From: an uncultured Gemmatimonadales bacterium
GTDB lineage: Bacteria > Gemmatimonadota > Gemmatimonadetes > Longimicrobiales > Longimicrobiaceae
Reading direction: 5' to 3'
Length of the DNA stretch: 64,000 nucleotides
Assembly: GCA_963716255.1 (NCBI GenBank)
Contig: OY970303.1
Location: 6,624,001 to 6,688,000, forward strand
Shown here one piece after another: positions 61,163 to 64,000 of the stretch (position 1 is its first letter; each line of letters starts with the position of its first letter). The notes under the pieces were generated by a model that saw nothing but the letters and a program-made list of their open reading frames with translations, was not told the DNA's origin and did not search any database. The position numbers were made by a program, and so were the translations under genes.

Positions 61163-64000
61163 TCAGCCGCCGCCGCTCGACTCCAGCACCTCCGACAGCA
61201 CGCGCGCCAGCTCCGTGGCGTTCGGCTCGCGCACCAGGGTGAAGTGGCTTCCCGGTACGGTGTGCACCTCCACGCCCCCGGCCGCCACCGACTCCCACCC
61301 CAGCGTGCCGGCCCCCGCCGCGCCGTGCTCCGCCGCCCGCAGCAGCGTGACCGTGCCGCCGTACGGACCCGGCCGGTACTCGTACATGGCCCGCAGGTTG
61401 GCGCGGAACGTCCCGTACAGCCGCCACACCTGCTCGAACCCGACGTCCGGCGGCACCACGCCGGCATCCCGGGCCGCTTCCAGCACGCGGCCCAGGAATC
61501 CCCGCGCGTCCGCCGCCCCCGCGCCATCCTCGGCCGGCGGCAGCTCGCCCAGCGGCACCCCCAGGTCCGCGGCGAAGGTGCGCACCAGCGTCGCCTCGTC
61601 CTCCGGCGCTGCCAGGCCCACGAGCGCGGGGGCGAGCGAGTCCACCAGCACCAGCGCGTCCACCGCCTCGCCCGCCGCCTCCAGCCGCCGCGCCATCTCG
61701 AAGGCGACCACTCCGCCCATCGACCACCCGCCCAGCCGGTACGGCCCCCGGGGCCGCGCCGCGCGCAGGGCGTCCAGGTAGTCCGCCGCCATCGCGTCGA
61801 CCGAGGCGGAATCCGGATCCAGTGCGTCGGCGTCGAGGCCGCGCGCGCGCAGGGCGTAGAACGGCTGCCGGGCGTCCAGGTGGCGGGCGAGCGGGGCGTA
61901 GCAGAGCACGTCGCCGCCCACCGGGTGCACGAAGAAGAGCGGGGTGCGCTCCCCCGACGCGCGGATGGGCACCAGCGGCGAGGCCTCGCCGCCCGCCGCT
62001 TCCTCCCGCAGCAGCAAGGCCAGGTCCTCCACCGTGGGCGCGGCGAAGAGCGTGGTGAGCGGCAGACGCGCGCCCAGGACCGTCTCGATGCGCGCCATCA
62101 GCCGCACCGCCAGCAGCGAGTGCCCGCCCAGCGCGAAGAAGTTGTCGCGCACGCCCACCGGGGACGCGCCCAGCACCTCCTCCCAGACCCCGGCGAGCGC
62201 CAGCTCCACGGCGTCGCGCGGAGGCACGTGCTCCGCGCCGGGCGCGCCGGCCTGCTCCGGGGCGGGGAGCGCGCCGCGGTCCACCTTGCCGTTGGGGGTC
62301 AGCGGCAGCTCGTGGAGCACCACGAAGGCCGAAGGCACCATGTGCTCCGGCAGGCTCGCGCGCAGGCGCTCCCGCAGCTCGTCGGCGGACGGCGGCTCCC
62401 CGTCCGCGGCGACGTACGCCACCAGCCGCCGCTCGCCCGGCGAGTCCTCGCGCGCCACGACGACGGCCGCACCGACGCCGGGGTGCGTCCGCAGCACGCT
62501 CTCGATCTCGCCCGGCTCGATGCGGAAGCCGCGCACCTTGACCTGGAAGTCCGTGCGCCCCAGGTACTCCAGCTCGCCGTCCGCCAGCCGGCGCACGCGG
62601 TCCATCACCCGGTACATCCGCCCGCCCGGCTCGCCGAACGGGTCGGGGACGAAGCGCTCCGCCGTGAGATCCGGCCGGCCCGCGTAGCCGCGCGCCAGCC
62701 CGTCGCCCGCCAGGTACAGCTCGCCCACCACGCCCACCGGCACCAGGCCCAGCTCCGCGTCCAGCACCCGGGCCCGCGTGTTCGCCACCGGCCGCCCCAC
62801 GGTGACGCGGCCGGCCTCGCGGGGCACGACCGCGTACGTGGAGTAGGTGGTGTCCTCGGTGGGCCCGTACAGGTTGCCGACCTTTTCGACGGTCCCCAGC
62901 GCGTACAGCTCCCGCGCGAGCGGAGCGGGAAGCGCCTCGCCGCCCAGGTTCAGCGTCCGCACGCCTGCGGGGAGGGCGCCCATGCGCAGCAGCTCCGCGG
63001 CGGCGGTGGGGACCATGCTGGCGTAGCGGATCCGCTCGCGGTCGGGGAAGCGGGCCAGCTCCAGCGCGTTCTCCACCAGGTACAGCGTGCCGCCCCAGCA
63101 CAGCGTGCCGAAGATCTCCGCGACGCTGACGTCGAAGTTGATGGAGGTGGACGCCAGCACGGCGCCCCGCTCCTCGTCCGAGACGTTGTCGCGCAGCCAG
63201 TGCATGAGCACCGTCGTCGACGAGTGGCGGATCATCACTCCCTTGGGCCGGCCCGTGGATCCCGAGGTGAAGATGACGTGCGACAGGTTGTCCGGAAGCA
63301 CGCCGCTCTCCGGGGTCGTGCCGGGAGCCTGCGCCAGCTCCTCCCGCACCGCGGCCGCGTCCAGCACGACGGCCTCCGCCCGAGCGGGGAGGCGTCCGGT
63401 GAGCGCGGCGTCGGTTAGGACCAGGCGCGCGCCGGCATCCTCCAGCATGTAGCCCAGCCGCTCCGCGGGATACGCCGGGTCCAGCGGCAGGTAGGCGCCG
63501 CCCGCCGCGAGCACGGCCAGCAGCGCCACCACCATCTCCGGCGTGCGCGGCAGGCAGATCCCCACCGCCACCTCCGGCCCCACCCCGCGCCGCCGCAGCA
63601 GGTGCGCCAGGCGATTCGCGCGCCCCTCCAGCTCCGCGTACGTCGTCTCCTCCCCCGCGAAGCGCAGCGCCACCGCGCCCGGCGTGCGCCGGGCCTGCGC
63701 CGCGAACAGCTCGTGGACGCCGCCGGCAGGGTAGCCACGGCGGGACTGGTCCGCGTCCAGCAGCTCCGCGCGCTCGGCGGGGGTGAGCAGGTCCACCTCC
63801 GCTACGGGACGGTCCGGGTCCCCGGCGAAGCCCTCCGCCAGGACGCGGAAGTGCCCCAGCATGCGCTCCACCGTGTCCGCCTCGAACAGGTCCGCGCGGT
63901 AGACGACCGAGCCCACCATCCGCTCGCCCCCGTCCTCCAGCGACAGGCTCAGGTCCCACTTGGCCGTGGTCCCGCCCGCGTGCAGCGGGTACACGCGCAC
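61163..64000 (-). CDS. NRPS C-terminal part: end of C, A (DVASNGLTYK, Ala/Gly-like), T, TE; 5' end outside the window
   Basis: AKWDL..YRADLF, FTSGSTGRPKG, NLYGPTEDTTYST, GGHSL; TE GGWSMGG and GSHF. Confidence 0.95.
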   Translation of the reverse strand: MRVYPLHAGGTTAKWDLSLSLEDGGERMVGSVVYRADLFEADTVERMLGHFRVLAEGFAGDPDRPVAEVDLLTPAERAELLDADQSRRGYPAGGVHELFAAQARRTPGAVALRFAGEETTYAELEGRANRLAHLLRRRGVGPEVAVGICLPRTPEMVVALLAVLAAGGAYLPLDPAYPAERLGYMLEDAGARLVLTDAALTGRLPARAEAVVLDAAAVREELAQAPGTTPESGVLPDNLSHVIFTSGSTGRPKGVMIRHSSTTVLMHWLRDNVSDEERGAVLASTSINFDVSVAEIFGTLCWGGTLYLVENALELARFPDRERIRYASMVPTAAAELLRMGALPAGVRTLNLGGEALPAPLARELYALGTVEKVGNLYGPTEDTTYSTYAVVPREAGRVTVGRPVANTRARVLDAELGLVPVGVVGELYLAGDGLARGYAGRPDLTAERFVPDPFGEPGGRMYRVMDRVRRLADGELEYLGRTDFQVKVRGFRIEPGEIESVLRTHPGVGAAVVVAREDSPGERRLVAYVAADGEPPSADELRERLRASLPEHMVPSAFVVLHELPLTPNGKVDRGALPAPEQAGAPGAEHVPPRDAVELALAGVWEEVLGASPVGVRDNFFALGGHSLLAVRLMARIETVLGARLPLTTLFAAPTVEDLALLLREEAAGGEASPLVPIRASGERTPLFFVHPVGGDVLCYAPLARHLDARQPFYALRARGLDADALDPDSASVDAMAADYLDALRAARPRGPYRLGGWSMGGVVAFEMARRLEAAGEAVDALVLVDSLAPALVGLAAPEDEATLVRTFAADLGVPLGELPPAEDGAGAADARGFLGRVLEAARDAGVVPPDVGFEQVWRLYGTFRANLRAMYEYRPGPYGGTVTLLRAAEHGAAGAGTLGWESVAAGGVEVHTVPGSHFTLVREPNATELARVLSEVLESSGGG

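Overview
A GC-rich bacterial window with two parts. (1) 1-48.7 kb is a hybrid PKS-NRPS cluster. A carbamoyltransferase (partial, minus strand, missing from the ORF track) diverges from an apparent operon: YcaQ/AlkZ-family DNA glycosylase overlapping (ATGA) a KS-AT-cMT-KR-ACP PKS, a C-A-T-T NRPS with a His-like code, a TauD/SyrP-type Fe/2OG oxygenase, a 3-module NRPS and an 8-module NRPS ending in a TE. That is 12 NRPS modules with no E or Cy domains and extensive recent internal duplication, including a near-identical 6.35 kb two-module repeat. (2) 49.4-61.1 kb is an island bounded by two collinear 3' fragments of queG. It carries a TIR + caspase pair (type IV Thoeris architecture), an IS21 istB remnant, a CHAT-TM-Sel1 protein, a metacaspase, an unknown protein, an ECF sigma factor, a membrane anti-sigma and a signal-peptide TPR-CHAT protease, i.e. 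four caspase-fold proteases in about 10 kb. The end of a second, convergent NRPS (A-T-TE) closes the window. The best candidates for new biology are the glycosylase-coupled cluster (possible genotoxin) and the CHAT/anti-sigma/ECF/metacaspase proteolytic signalling module in the queG-flanked island. The NRPS style and gene content suggest Gemmatimonadota (Longimicrobium-like), but this is an unverified impression. All calls were made by eye from motifs; no searches were run.
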